Origin: Takakia lepidozioides
Taxonomy: Eukaryota > Plantae > Bryophyta
Length of the DNA: 64,000 nt
Direction of reading: 5' to 3'
NCBI GenBank assembly: GCA_030704615.1
Contig: CM060732.1
Location: 68,572,001 to 68,636,000, forward strand
The notes under the pieces were generated by a model. The model did no database searches and had not been told where the DNA came from. It saw only the letters and a program-made list of their open reading frames with translations. The translations under genes and the position numbers were made by a program. Shown piece by piece: positions 63,163-64,000 of the stretch. Within the stretch, counting starts at the first letter, position 1; every line of letters starts with the position of its first letter.

Positions 63163-64000
63163 CAAGACAAACACGTTACAGAAAAGATATTAGTACGGTG
63201 GAGCAAGGCTGCACACCAAGACAAACACACAGAAATCTTCCTAGTGATTTCTAACACTTAGTAAAGTGATTCCCAAGGTCTTCCCCCTAGCTTTGATACC
63301 ATGTTGAACTCACGAGTACTATTCCAGAGGATCCATTGGACCTGAATACAAAGAGAGCAAGAACTAACCTATTTAACTACATGACCATGGCCCAAAGTCA
63401 ACAACCATGAAGGCAAAGTAATCTAACTATGGGATAGAAACAGAACAGTTTCGGTGCAAGTTTTGGTGCATGCAGTCGGTGCCATAAAGCTCCGATACTT
63501 AAGGGAGGACTGATCTATCTGTATACTCTAGAATTAGCAAAGCCTATCTTTAACATAAAGCTAACATTATGTACTGCCATTGTTGAGTACAGGACCCTCT
63601 CTAGTGTTGATGTCATGTTGGCCGAATTTTAATTTGTTATGTGCCAGAGCTAAACCACACATTGCTTGTCCTTCAAGTATTTGAATGGGTTCCAAACTGT
63701 ATGGTGACATAGCGTGTTGTGAGTCTGACATTTTTAGTGGGAAAGGAGGTGCAGTCCAAAATCCTTCGCTCCCAAGACATCAAACTGAAAATGCATGTGA
63801 CGATGATTCCTGGATCAAGGAAGATGAGTACCGAGTGATACTGCAACCAAGACCCCCAATGAATGATCTGGAAGAGGGATAATTCTCTCACGCAAGTGCG
63901 ATGCACCAGCCACCAAGATTATCAACAAAAGTTATTCTTTTGCAACCATGCATTCAATTGCAATCTGCACTTATGTGAGACAGAGCTCTGGGCATAGCTG

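Larger units (their letters stand above)
47508..63566 (-). mobile_element. Ty1/Copia LTR retrotransposon expanded to 16 kb by nested cargo
   Basis: 265-bp LTRs at 47508-47772 and 63302-63566 (2 differences by eye). TSD TTATG at 47503-47507 and 63567-63571. PBS TGGTATCAAAGC (tRNA-iMet) just inside the right LTR. PPT GAGGGAGG just inside the left LTR. Confidence 0.93.

Noticed and set aside
63302-63566. Independent solo Copia LTR
   Set aside because: It has an adjacent PBS and shares the TTATG TSD with the LTR at 47508, so both belong to one element.

Overview
Eukaryotic nuclear DNA, almost certainly from a seed-free land plant (bryophyte, lycophyte or fern type). This is inferred from GT-AG introns, PLS-class PPR motifs, a CYP71-clan P450, and chromovirus, Copia and CACTA elements. 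Bases 1 to ~24.6 kb hold most of a ~29-exon Integrator subunit 1 (INTS1) gene on + (its 5' end lies outside the window). Its introns contain a 5.3-kb RTE/RTEX-like LINE, a tRNA-headed SINE with a TSD, and a hairpin-rich insert. The rest is a transposon graveyard with host-gene pieces: a degenerate Gypsy with a PHD finger on its integrase, a gag/inverted-protease relic, a frameshifted P450 with a CYP79-like I-helix, a GCM-fold/SWIM transposon carrying a NOP14 exon fragment, a CACTA MITE and a solo LTR. One 16-kb Copia element (47508-63566; 265-bp LTRs, TSD TTATG) encloses a near-intact chromovirus and a pseudogenised gene in which three tandem OSB-type PDF (ssDNA-binding) motifs are spliced onto a PLS-class PPR array. 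That PDF-PPR fusion is the most novel-looking signal; the ORF track misses it because each motif is split by an intron. All family assignments come from motif recognition by eye, not database searches.
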